A stretch of 64,000 bases of DNA from Candidatus Bathyarchaeum tardum (GCA_024650005.2 CP122380.1:64001-128000); one strand, 5' to 3'; numbered from the stretch's first letter, positions 47,909 to 57,190 are shown. Numbers and translations: made by a program. Notes: generated by a model from the letters alone, not told the origin.

Positions 47909-49453
47909 ATGAGTGAATCTAACAAGCTACAGCAAGCTGTTTCGTTCACGATATCTTCAGGATTCCAGTTAGATAAAGAGGCTTTCGAATTCTTAGATAA
48001 TATTGCAAAAACAGAAGATCCCCTTTATCTCATGGAAGAAGTTATCAAAAAAATCAGAAATTCATCACAAAAACCTCTGTTTATCGATCGAAGTTATCTA
48101 GAAGACATTAAATTAGAACCGTGTATTGGAAAAAGGGATTTAGTTGAACCTGATTCAGGTTCAATTAGTATTCAATCAAGAAAAACCGTTAGAGCATACG
48201 CCAAAGATGTGGATGAAGATGTTAAAGTTTTACTGGACCCAACCAAAAGCAGCTGTACCACAGGAACAATCAAAGAATACATGCAATATTTTCAGGACCG
48301 TTTCGAACGGTTAAAAAAAGTTCTGAGAAAAAGAATGGATGTGAAGAATGCTGTTCCTATTTCTGTTGCTTTAAAGGCGCCAATGAAGTCAAAAGTTAAC
48401 ATTATTGGAATGGTTACAGAAAAAATTGAAGTAAAGGATAAGCTCTTCGTGAGAATGGAGGACCTAGAAGCAAATGCCACGGTTCTTGTGTCCCCTAATT
48501 TGGAAAAAGAAATTATTGAAAAAGCAAGATCCCTGATTCTAGATCAAGTAGTTTGTGTAAATGCCGTAAAAGGAAACAATGACTTAATTATTGCCAAAGA
48601 TTTCATTTTGCCAGAAATGCCACAAAAAACTCCTCATAGAGCAGATATTCCAGTTTATGCGGCGTTATTGTCAGATATTCATGTTGGAAGTAACAAGTTT
48701 ATGGAAAAAGAGTTTAATCAATTTTTGCTTTGGTTAAAAGGAGAAAAAGGCAATGATAAACTACGGGAATTTGCAGGTCATATTAAGTATTTGGTTATTG
48801 CAGGAGATATTGTAGATGGAATTGGCATATATCCAGACCAGCTAGACGAGTTAACTATTTCAGATATTTATGAACAATACAGTCATGCAGCCAAACTTTT
48901 GGAGCAGGTTCCTGATTACATAAAAATTTTTGTTATTCCAGGAAACCATGATGCCTCCAGAAAAGCATTACCACAACCTGCGTTACCTAAAGATTACATC
49001 GAACCCCTGCAGGAAGCTCGAGAAATTTATTCCCTTGGGAATCCTTCAACAATAAGCCTTCATGGAGTAGAGGTGCTTGCATTTCACGGAAGAAGTTTAG
49101 ATGATATTGCGGCTTTTGCTCCAAACGTCAGTTTTGACACCCCAGACAAATCAATGAAACTGTTACTTAAAGCTAGACATCTCGCGCCAATTTACGGAGA
49201 AAGAACCCCAATAGCTCCAGAAAAAAGGGATTTCATGGTTATCGAAAGACCCCCAGACATCTTTCATGCTGGACATGTTCACATTCTCAAATGCAATAGA
49301 TATCGAGGAACTTTAATTGTAAACTCAGGTGCATGGCAAGAACAAACAGATTTTCAACAAAAAATGGGGCTTGTTCCAACTCCAGGAATAGTTCCAATAG
49401 TAAACTTGCAAAAATCTACTATTTCAACAATAGATTTTACTGAACCCTGGTAA
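47909..49453 (+). CDS. polB: DNA polymerase D small (exonuclease) subunit DP1
   Basis: SDIHVGS, AGDIVDGIGIYP, PGNHD, HGRSLDD, HLAP, GHVH, NSGAWQ.QT. Confidence 0.96.
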   Translation: MSESNKLQQAVSFTISSGFQLDKEAFEFLDNIAKTEDPLYLMEEVIKKIRNSSQKPLFIDRSYLEDIKLEPCIGKRDLVEPDSGSISIQSRKTVRAYAKDVDEDVKVLLDPTKSSCTTGTIKEYMQYFQDRFERLKKVLRKRMDVKNAVPISVALKAPMKSKVNIIGMVTEKIEVKDKLFVRMEDLEANATVLVSPNLEKEIIEKARSLILDQVVCVNAVKGNNDLIIAKDFILPEMPQKTPHRADIPVYAALLSDIHVGSNKFMEKEFNQFLLWLKGEKGNDKLREFAGHIKYLVIAGDIVDGIGIYPDQLDELTISDIYEQYSHAAKLLEQVPDYIKIFVIPGNHDASRKALPQPALPKDYIEPLQEAREIYSLGNPSTISLHGVEVLAFHGRSLDDIAAFAPNVSFDTPDKSMKLLLKARHLAPIYGERTPIAPEKRDFMVIERPPDIFHAGHVHILKCNRYRGTLIVNSGAWQEQTDFQQKMGLVPTPGIVPIVNLQKSTISTIDFTEPW

Positions 49454-49483
49454 GCAAACCATTTGAAAACAAAAATTTTTATT

Positions 49484-50740
49484 TTAGTGGGCTCCGAAAC
49501 AGGTTGGAACATAACTTAACAGATCATGAAATCTGTCATTATTCATGAATACATTTCTTACAAGAGTGCGACCAATCCCCAAACGGATTTTTTTTGTGCG
49601 CCCATGTCGACCCATACTAACGACACGAGCATTTAACAGACCAATCATGTCCAATTCACTGATTAATCCACTTACACGTCTTTGAGTAAGAGGTGAAAGC
49701 CCATATTGGTCACATAGTTCAGAATATATTTCATAAATATCTCCAGTAATTGTGTAACTCATTTTAGTTTTACCCAACAAATATACACTACACAATACTA
49801 ACTTTGAATGCACAGGAAGATTTTCTAAAGCCTCCACGATGCGGTCGTGTTCTACACGTTTTTCTGCTTCTCGGACATGTTTTTCAGTAACTGAATCTGT
49901 GCCTTCTCGTTCTGATAATTCCCCAGCAACCCGCAAAAGATCCAGGGCTCTACGAGCGTCCCCATGTTCTGCTGCAGCTAATGCAGCACACAAGGCCACG
50001 GCACTATCGGTCAGGGCACCATCAGAAAAAGCGATTTTTGCCCGTCTCCATAGAATGTCTTGAAGTTCAGCTGCATCATAAGGTCGGAAAACGATTTCTT
50101 CTTCACTTAATGAGCTTAATACACGGGGATCCAAAAATTCTTTGAAGCGTAAGTCGTTTGAAATTCCAATTATTGATGTTCGACCATGACGAAGAGTCTC
50201 ATTAACACGAGTTAATTCATAAAGAAGGGTATCGCCACGGGTTTTAATCAGGGCGTCAATTTCGTCAAGGACCACAATGAAAATTTTTCGTTGCTTATCG
50301 AGCCCTTTTTTGAAGCGATCAAACACTTCTCCAACAGCAATCCCAGTAAAAGGAACTTTGACATCTAAAGCGTCACAGAGGCTTGAAAGAACTCGATATT
50401 CCGTGCCTGCTAAACGGCAATTAACGTAGCAGACTTCAATAGGTCTTTTTAGTTGTTGTGCTTTAAAAGCGAGTTTATTTAAAACAAATTTTGTTACCGC
50501 TGTTTTTCCTGTTCCAGTTTTTCCATAAATAAACACATTAGAACAGGGAGAACTGCGTAATACAGGGGCTACGATACCACCTAAGCATTGGATTTGTGTA
50601 TCACGATGGGGGAGTTTATCTGGGATATAATCATGACGTAATACTTCTCGGTCGTTAAAAATGTTGGTATTACTCAGAAAACGGTCGAAAACGTCTTCAA
50701 GAGTATCAATTTTAGTCAGTGTTGTAAACTCCTCTAACAA
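49484..50740 (-). CDS. cdc6: Orc1/Cdc6 replication initiator
   Basis: YIPDKLPHR, YGKTGTGKT, VLDEID, GDARRALDLLR, C-terminal wHTH SMGRHGRT. Confidence 0.97.
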   Translation of the reverse strand: MLEEFTTLTKIDTLEDVFDRFLSNTNIFNDREVLRHDYIPDKLPHRDTQIQCLGGIVAPVLRSSPCSNVFIYGKTGTGKTAVTKFVLNKLAFKAQQLKRPIEVCYVNCRLAGTEYRVLSSLCDALDVKVPFTGIAVGEVFDRFKKGLDKQRKIFIVVLDEIDALIKTRGDTLLYELTRVNETLRHGRTSIIGISNDLRFKEFLDPRVLSSLSEEEIVFRPYDAAELQDILWRRAKIAFSDGALTDSAVALCAALAAAEHGDARRALDLLRVAGELSEREGTDSVTEKHVREAEKRVEHDRIVEALENLPVHSKLVLCSVYLLGKTKMSYTITGDIYEIYSELCDQYGLSPLTQRRVSGLISELDMIGLLNARVVSMGRHGRTKKIRLGIGRTLVRNVFMNNDRFHDLLSYVPTCFGAH

Positions 50741-50896
50741 GTAATAGAATTATTGCCTCGATAGGTTTTCCAGTAGATAAAATGTGTCGTAAAAAAAAGT
50801 AAACAAAAACCACAAAATCCTAAAGGGGGACTAAAGTTTTGGGATAATCCTGATTTTAAGTTAATATTAGATATAAAAAATCTTTTAGTGACACTC

Positions 50897-50921
50897 GGAC
50901 CCCTTAATTTCGGGTGGAAAA
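50897..50921 (-). promoter_or_regulatory. ORB (origin recognition box)
   Basis: Reverse complement TTTTCCACCCGAAATTAAGGGGTCC versus consensus TTCCAGTGGAAAC-AAAGGGG. Confidence 0.75.
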
Positions 50922-51107
50922 ATTAAGGTGAATTCTTGGTGTAAAACTAAAAAGAATCAATAATTACGAAGATAATATTATATTAAAAAAGAATCTCGTT
51001 GGTGCTATACTCAGAATTAATATATAATTTTATTTATAAAAAAAATTAGAGTTAATTCTACATTATTTTATGTTTACAACTTTTTTAAAACGTAGGATTA
51101 TTTTTTT

Positions 51108-51130
51108 GTTACAATGGAAACTAAGGGGTC
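51108..51130 (+). promoter_or_regulatory. ORB (origin recognition box)
   Basis: GTTACAATGGAAACTAAGGGGTC; inverted relative to the 50897 ORB across the AT-rich stretch. Confidence 0.8.
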
Positions 51131-51318
51131 AGTGTCTTTGTCTAGAATTTTTTGTAACACACAAAATATTATTCCACGAAGAGTCTTACTAGTTAACCTG
51201 TTAACACATGTGTTTACATCAATGTGAAAATTTGTGAATAAAAATCAACTTTAATTCTTTAATAGACTTTCTTTTTGCTAAATAACTTCGATTCAAGCTC
51301 TTTCACAGCAATTAGTCA

Positions 51319-51341
51319 ACCCCTTTGTTTCTACTGGAGAA
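51319..51341 (-). promoter_or_regulatory. ORB (origin recognition box)
   Basis: Reverse complement TTCTCCAGTAGAAACAAAGGGGT, close to consensus. Confidence 0.85.
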
Positions 51342-51531
51342 TTAGAATTGATTAATTCTTTGTTTTATTTTTACGTTTGGAACTCTTTGTGAAGTCTGTG
51401 AAGTAAAATATTTGCAAAAATTCTTTAATTTTCATTTTAAACTAATTTTTGAGCTTTTTTACTAAACACTATATACCGTAATACCTATAACTAGTGAACT
51501 AGTAGTAAGTGAACACTAATTGGTGTAAAAT

Positions 51532-51939
51532 ATGCCAACCAAAAAAATGCGAGTAGAAGTCTTCAATAACGGTGACCGTTATACCGTTACCTTTGAAGGT
51601 CAAATTACTCGGGATAAGGCTCTTCGTGTACTTGATTTGGTTGAGCTATTAGGAGGATCACCAGCAACAAATTCTGAACAAACTCTTGCAGCAACTGAAA
51701 TATCCAAGATAGACAAAGTGCGATTAGTTGCTGAAAAAAACTTTCCTGTAGGATGGTTCTCCTCCAAGGATATGCGTGATGCATTCGAGAAACAGTATAA
51801 CGAACCAATCAGCCTTAGCACTGCTTCAACTTACTTGTCTAGATTAACTGATCGGGGATATTTCCTCAAAAAAGGCTCATCTAATCAAATGCGTTACAGA
51901 ATTATGACTGCACTGTCCACTCAAATTCAAGAAAGATAA
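51532..51939 (+). CDS. Origin-adjacent winged-helix DNA-binding protein
   Basis: C-terminal WFSSKDMRDAFEKQYNEPISLSTASTYLSRLTDRGYFLKKG...YRI wHTH; small N-terminal beta-beta-alpha domain. Confidence 0.75.
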   Translation: MPTKKMRVEVFNNGDRYTVTFEGQITRDKALRVLDLVELLGGSPATNSEQTLAATEISKIDKVRLVAEKNFPVGWFSSKDMRDAFEKQYNEPISLSTASTYLSRLTDRGYFLKKGSSNQMRYRIMTALSTQIQER

Positions 51940-52016
51940 TAAACTTCTTTTCTTAAAGAATAATTGATTTAATAACCTGCCTGTAAAGCTTTCTTGTTTG
52001 AGGAGATCACTCATAT

Positions 52017-53042
52017 ATGAGTAAAATTCAGAAAAATTTGACTGAACTAAAAACTAAGCTTAAATTGTATGTTGACAAAGGTCGACAAATAGGTTTTAGT
52101 GATGTTAAACCTCAACCTTTGATTATTTCTAAACCTGACATAGCCAAAATTAAACCCTTACAAAAAATTAAAAACTGTAATTCCCGATTTTTTGCTGTGG
52201 ATTGTTCCACTCGAACATTAAAACGAGCCCACAACTGGGGAATTTACCTGATGCGAGTCGCTTACGCTTCGGTAGAAAACCGTAAAGTAACATGGGATTA
52301 TGAAGAAAGCATCGTTTGTGCAGTGGGAGACCGCCGTTACCGTTCAAACTTTTTGATTGATAATCGACTCCAAATTGAAAGCGAAATGGCCTTAAAACTT
52401 ATTCACGAAGAGGCTACTCCGGGAAGCTCTGGTGAGGATACTCTTCGCGAGTTAGGTGCAGGGGATTATATTCTGTTGGATGGAGCCAGTTTTTTTGGAG
52501 GAAAACGAGGTTTCCACACTTCCCTTTACGAAGAGGCTCTTCGTAAAAAGATTAATCTTCTTGCCATAAGTAAACAGTCTCCTATGCTATGTGACGAAAA
52601 AGGACGCGATTTTATGGCTTCAACAAGTGTGCTTACCCCTTATTCCCTTTGGGTATACCATCCAGTCAAAGAGGCAAACATGGAAAAACACCTTTATGGG
52701 GACGTTTCCCTTGTGAAGCTATGTGAAGATAGTAAACACATATTTCGTTGCGACATAATGGATTCAACATCTCAAAACGTAACTGAACTGCTCTCTCCAT
52801 TAACTTCCCTTTCTGAAGACCCAAGGTGTTTAGGATACCCTGTTACCCTTTGGCTTGCCCACGAATTCTCTGGAGCATCAGCCTCTAAACTTTTACAATA
52901 TTATGATTTAATCGAAAAAGAGTTAGAGACTGCTGGCATCTTAGAGACTCTTCGTGTAGAAGAATTATCCTGTAGTTTTGCTGACAAAATTCATGGAATA
53001 ACAAACCTATTTGAAGGAGATGAAAGCTTTGATAGAATTTGA
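52017..53042 (+). CDS. NurA-family nuclease (divergent)
   Basis: FFAVDCS (DGS-like), YILLDGA, LAISKQS, GYPVTLWLAHE NurA motifs; overlaps the HerA gene. Confidence 0.8.
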   Translation: MSKIQKNLTELKTKLKLYVDKGRQIGFSDVKPQPLIISKPDIAKIKPLQKIKNCNSRFFAVDCSTRTLKRAHNWGIYLMRVAYASVENRKVTWDYEESIVCAVGDRRYRSNFLIDNRLQIESEMALKLIHEEATPGSSGEDTLRELGAGDYILLDGASFFGGKRGFHTSLYEEALRKKINLLAISKQSPMLCDEKGRDFMASTSVLTPYSLWVYHPVKEANMEKHLYGDVSLVKLCEDSKHIFRCDIMDSTSQNVTELLSPLTSLSEDPRCLGYPVTLWLAHEFSGASASKLLQYYDLIEKELETAGILETLRVEELSCSFADKIHGITNLFEGDESFDRI

Positions 53043-54594
53043 ACCCGTAGGCTTTGTTCGAGAAGTAAAAGGCGACACGGTTTCTTTTTTCCTGAATCAA
53101 GGAATAACACTTTCCTTTGGCCAAATCGTACGAATAAACTCTGAAAACCGAAATTTTTATGCTCGAATAGTTGATGCTGGAAGCTCTTCTACCCTGAAAA
53201 CAAATGAACAACTTCGAGAAGCAGAAGGCAAAGAATCTTTTGGACCCTACTCCAGCTATAGACATGTTGACGCTGTTTTGTTACTAGAAAATAATTCTGG
53301 CAGAATAAGATCTCCGACTTTTAACCCAAACTATATGGATCATGTTTACACAATTAATGAGCAAGACTATTTAATTTTGCAGCTTTCTGGAGATCTAGAG
53401 ATAGGAAGATTGCGTTCTGGCGAAGAAGTGCTAGGTGTAGTGGGAATAAACGCTAAAGCAATTCCTAAAATGATGGGCATGTTTGGGATGACCGGCTCTG
53501 GAAAAACTAACACCGAACTTATTTTGAACGCTCGAATAATTGATGACCCAACAACAGTTGGCCTAATTTTTGATTTTGCCGGTCAACTCCTTTCTGGCAA
53601 AGACTTCGGAGAAGAAAGCGGTCTCGGGGACCATCCCCTCTTTCATAGCAGGGTTAGTTACTATTCTGCCCGAGATGGCAAATTGTCCATTGGTTTGCGC
53701 AGCCTTACTCCTGGGCGGTTGTGGACTTTGTTCCCCGATATTGGTCGACCACAAATCAGGATTGCCCGACGATTGTATGAGAGTTTAGGCAAATGCTGGA
53801 TTGAAGAATCCCTTGAAGCATACCGCCAAGAAGGTCACTCTGGGGTTGGACGTATTATTAACCACCAACAAAAGGTTGTGATTATTGCTCTGATGAGCCG
53901 TCTTTCTGATTTGCCGCCACACTTGTTTCCAGTTTCAGATTACAACTTCATAGAAGATGTTGTACAAAACATAAGCAAAGGCGTTACTTGTCTTGTTGAC
54001 ATTTCCGGTTTGACCTCCGAAGAACAACGCAATGTGACTTGTCTTACTGCAACATTTGTTGCCCAACATTACAAACGTTTGTGGGAAAACAATTTTGAAG
54101 ATTGGAAAAAACTTCCAACTTTGTTGATAACTTTGGAGGAAGCTCACGAGTTTTTGGACCCAGAAATACGAAAAACAATCTTTTCAGACATCGCCCTTAC
54201 TTACCGCAAATACCGGGTTGGTTTAAACGCAGTAACGCCTAGACCCTCAAAAATTAATCGTGACGTGTTTGCAGAGTTGTGGACCAAAGTTATCATGAAA
54301 ACTGAGCTTAAACGGGACCGAGACTATCTTACCCAAAACACTCCTTACATGGAATACAGTGACACTGAGATCAAGATGCTTGACATCGGGGAAGCCTTGA
54401 TTATTTCAGAGCCACAGATTCGCTTTGCTGTTCCAGTTAAAGTGATTCATTATCCGACTTACCTTAGACAAAAAGGAACTGCAGACTATAATTTGCCCGA
54501 TTCAAAGACCCTTTCTGAAATGAATGAAAACCTAAAGCGCCTCAAAGCCGCTGGAGTGTCCCTCACTGGTAAAGCGGAAACTAAGACGGATTAA
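53011..54594 (+). CDS. HerA/FtsK-family ATPase (HAS barrel + DUF87)
   Basis: N-terminal HAS barrel, GMTGSGKTN Walker A, IFDFAGQ, ITLEEAHEF Walker B, RKYRVGL arginine finger. Confidence 0.88.
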   Translation: MKEMKALIEFEPVGFVREVKGDTVSFFLNQGITLSFGQIVRINSENRNFYARIVDAGSSSTLKTNEQLREAEGKESFGPYSSYRHVDAVLLLENNSGRIRSPTFNPNYMDHVYTINEQDYLILQLSGDLEIGRLRSGEEVLGVVGINAKAIPKMMGMFGMTGSGKTNTELILNARIIDDPTTVGLIFDFAGQLLSGKDFGEESGLGDHPLFHSRVSYYSARDGKLSIGLRSLTPGRLWTLFPDIGRPQIRIARRLYESLGKCWIEESLEAYRQEGHSGVGRIINHQQKVVIIALMSRLSDLPPHLFPVSDYNFIEDVVQNISKGVTCLVDISGLTSEEQRNVTCLTATFVAQHYKRLWENNFEDWKKLPTLLITLEEAHEFLDPEIRKTIFSDIALTYRKYRVGLNAVTPRPSKINRDVFAELWTKVIMKTELKRDRDYLTQNTPYMEYSDTEIKMLDIGEALIISEPQIRFAVPVKVIHYPTYLRQKGTADYNLPDSKTLSEMNENLKRLKAAGVSLTGKAETKTD

Positions 54595-55300
54595 TTTCCC
54601 TTCTTTTGAGAATTTTTTCCATTTCTTCTTTTAGTCTATAAACGTACGGCATTCTATGGGTGTCTCTTTCTAGGTAGCCATCTTTGTAAAGTTTTTTCAT
54701 TAGCCTTGCAGTATGCTCCCGCGTCAGACTAATCATTTTTTGTATTTCTGGAGCAGTTTTTTCGCCTTCTTTACCTATTGTTTCAAGAACTATCAATTCT
54801 GTTTCCGTCAACGGCTCCAGGGCTTTCTCTTTTTTTATTGGAATCGCTGCTTTGATTTTTACATCTGGTGCATGTCTTTCATATTTGATTTTTTCAATTT
54901 CAACAAGCTTTTCAAAAACTTTTTCTTGAGTTTCCTTTATTCCTTCAAATTCGTTTCGTATCTCGTTAATTTGACCTGAGAATTTTTCTTCAAAATCTGA
55001 AGGGAAATCAGTTATCCGATTACTGATTTTAATTAATTTTTCTTCATATTCTTCTACTTTTTTTGCAACTTCTTGATTTTCTACTGCAACCTTTTCGATT
55101 TTATGGGCCACATAAAGTACGCCCTCTTTTTGCCTCATAAGTTGATTATCTATGCTTACCACAATGTCACTTACTATTCCTTTGGCGTTATGATACTCAT
55201 GTCGAAGGGTTATTATGCGCTTGTAATACAGAAATAACACCGAAATCGTCCCAAACAACAAAATAGACGTCAATATTAGAAAAACATCTGAAATCATCAA
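54581..55300 (-). CDS. Membrane-anchored coiled-coil protein with C-terminal winged HTH
   Basis: N-terminal TM helix VFLILTSILLFGTISVLFLYY followed by KR; E/K-rich heptads; LTETELIVLETI...TAPEIQKMISLTREHTARLMKKLYKDGYLER wHTH. Confidence 0.8.
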   Translation of the reverse strand: MMISDVFLILTSILLFGTISVLFLYYKRIITLRHEYHNAKGIVSDIVVSIDNQLMRQKEGVLYVAHKIEKVAVENQEVAKKVEEYEEKLIKISNRITDFPSDFEEKFSGQINEIRNEFEGIKETQEKVFEKLVEIEKIKYERHAPDVKIKAAIPIKKEKALEPLTETELIVLETIGKEGEKTAPEIQKMISLTREHTARLMKKLYKDGYLERDTHRMPYVYRLKEEMEKILKRREINPS

Positions 55301-55309
55301 AATCGCTCC

Positions 55310-55448
55310 TCACGTGTGATTTGGGTGTGATTTCGTGTGATGTGCATAACTAATCACATATCACACTAGTATATAAATAAACTTAAGTTTTTCGTCAAAT
55401 CTTAAAACGTGACATCACACGTCACAAACACCTCACATTACAACCACA
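55310..55448. repeat. Cluster of about 10 TGTGA/TCACA (GTGTGAT) motifs
   Basis: GTGTGAT three times at 11 and 10 bp spacing (TGTGA at 55315, 55326, 55336); TCACA at 55354, 55361, 55415, 55422, 55433; TCACGTGTGA near-palindrome. Confidence 0.8.
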
Positions 55449-55647
55449 CGAAAACCATTGACTGTTTGTATCCCCCAATCTTTTTTTATCCCTGTGTTTT
55501 ATCAATTTTTTTAATAGGCTTTGATTTTGTCAATTATTTTGCTAAATAAGCCTAAAATAAGCTTTATTTTTTTGTGTTTTTTCTTCCCCGAAACATTTTA
55601 ATGTGCCAATAATTACCGTCACCATGGCGTAAATATTCATTACTTTT

Positions 55648-55680
55648 TGTGAAAAAAATACTGTGATTTGTGATGTCACA
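55648..55680. repeat. Cluster of 4 TGTGA/TCACA motifs
   Basis: TGTGA at 55648, 55662, 55669; TCACA at 55676. Confidence 0.65.
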
Positions 55681-56152
55681 TCTTTTTTGATATTTTGCGT
55701 GGACTGGACAGCTCTTCAAGACTGCTTTTGAGTTCTTCATGGAGTCTTTTGATGGTTTTAATTTGTTCCTCTTCTGGTCGTTTTTTTATTAATTCTCTTT
55801 GAGTGTCGATATACTCTTTTAATTTGTTTGCAGCCTCCAAATATGGTTCTAGGCTGATTTCTTCGAGAACTCCCAGGTATCCTAGTAACAAAATCGTGTA
55901 GATTGATTGCGTAACATTGTGTCTGGCCTGCCTCAAACTCCTATTAAACGCGCCTCTACTTACGGCTAAAATACGAATCTTAGCCTTTTCATCATATTTT
56001 AGACCCTTATCGGCTATATTTTCGGCTAAAACATCAATCAAAAGTGTTTCTAATTGTATTTTTGTTAAATTGCTGTTTTTTGCTAATATTTTGACTAAAG
56101 GGTCGTTTAAAGAGTAGTTTAGCCAATTCTGAGCCCTTTCCTTTACATTCAA
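55676..56152 (-). CDS. Tfx-like HTH DNA-binding hypothetical protein
   Basis: SNLTKIQLETLLI...YDEKAKIR..VSRGAFNRSLRQARHNVTQSIYT resembles the Tfx/sigma-r4 HTH plus the following helix. Confidence 0.6.
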   Translation of the reverse strand: MNVKERAQNWLNYSLNDPLVKILAKNSNLTKIQLETLLIDVLAENIADKGLKYDEKAKIRILAVSRGAFNRSLRQARHNVTQSIYTILLLGYLGVLEEISLEPYLEAANKLKEYIDTQRELIKKRPEEEQIKTIKRLHEELKSSLEELSSPRKISKKM

Positions 56153-56511
56153 ATTAGTTTTTACAACTCCTGTTTTAAAGGATACATTTTTGTATACCTG
56201 CCATGTCCTAAAAACCTTTCCTGACTATTAAAACAACTGCCTTTTTGGCTTTGATGCTTTGCAATAAATTTAACATTCCAACCAAACAAACATTGAAACA
56301 AAAATACTTTTTGCAAAATAATTGAATTGCCCCTTCTCATGTTGGCTGATTATAATTCGATTTTTCTTGAAAAATTTATCATTTTAAAATTTTAATTAAT
56401 CAAATTGCATAGATTTGCTATTTTTTAAATTAGTGATTGGGAGCAAACCCTTTTTTTATATTTATTATGGTATTTTTTTAATATTTTTTCCTTTTTTTCT
56501 TCAATATTATG

Positions 56512-56695
56512 TGTGATTCTTGGAAAAAATTTACATCACGTGTGATTATCACAGAATCACATGTGAGATCACGTTCGAATCATTTTTCCAAAAACCTCAA
56601 ATATTACTTTATTTTCATTTTAGCACTGTTTTTTGGGTTTTTTATTTGTGATGTGATTTTATGTGATAAGATTTTGTGATTCCTTTGGCATCACA
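56512..56695. repeat. Two clusters (7 + 5 copies) of TGTGA/TCACA motifs in a 1-kb AT-rich intergenic region
   Basis: ATCACGTGTGATTATCACAGAATCACATGTGAGATCACG (56535-56573); TGTGATGTGATTTTATGTGATAAGATTTTGTGAT...ATCACA (56647-56695). Confidence 0.8.
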
Positions 56696-57190
56696 ATTTT
56701 TTCATTCAATCTTTGGAAAATGGTCAGTTTGCTTTTTTTGTTTTATTTTTTTGTTGATTTCGGAACAAAGTAATTTTTTGTTTGATCTATTTTGAGTTCT
56801 AAGGTGGTTAGAGCGATTTTTATTGTCCCCCGCTCATTAATTGTTATTTTTTGTCCTAAATCCTACAAAAAGATATATTGAATATTTTTTAAAAAAAGTA
56901 ATTATTTGATAGTAAATTAAAAATAATATAGATTAATAATAGTTTTACATTCATATTTTCTATATTTACGTGGATTCTTTAACATTTCCCTTTTTTAACT
57001 TGATTGCTTTTTTTCTTTCCATCATTACTTATTTGATCTAATTCACTCCCTGGATTTACGCAGTTTTTGTTTTGGTTTGGGCTTTTAGTTATGTTTTTAG
57101 GACAAATATTTAAGCCAATGTTGCGTTATACAATGAAACAAGCGATTTCGCTAATAATAACTAATGAATTTGTGTTAAAGGGGCTTTAAA

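Larger units (their letters stand above)
50741..51531. other. Chromosomal replication origin (oriC) with ORB elements and AT-rich DUE
   Basis: 790-bp non-coding AT-rich region upstream of cdc6 with ORB-like elements at 50897-50921 (-), 51108-51130 (+) and 51319-51341 (-), plus a mini-ORB near 50765. Confidence 0.88.

Noticed and set aside
55310-56695. CRISPR array or bacterial CRP sites as an explanation for the TGTGA repeats
   Set aside because: Repeats are only 5-7 bp with irregular spacing, with no 24-40 bp repeat-spacer periodicity and no cas genes; the TGTGA-N6-TCACA spacing of CRP sites is not the pattern seen
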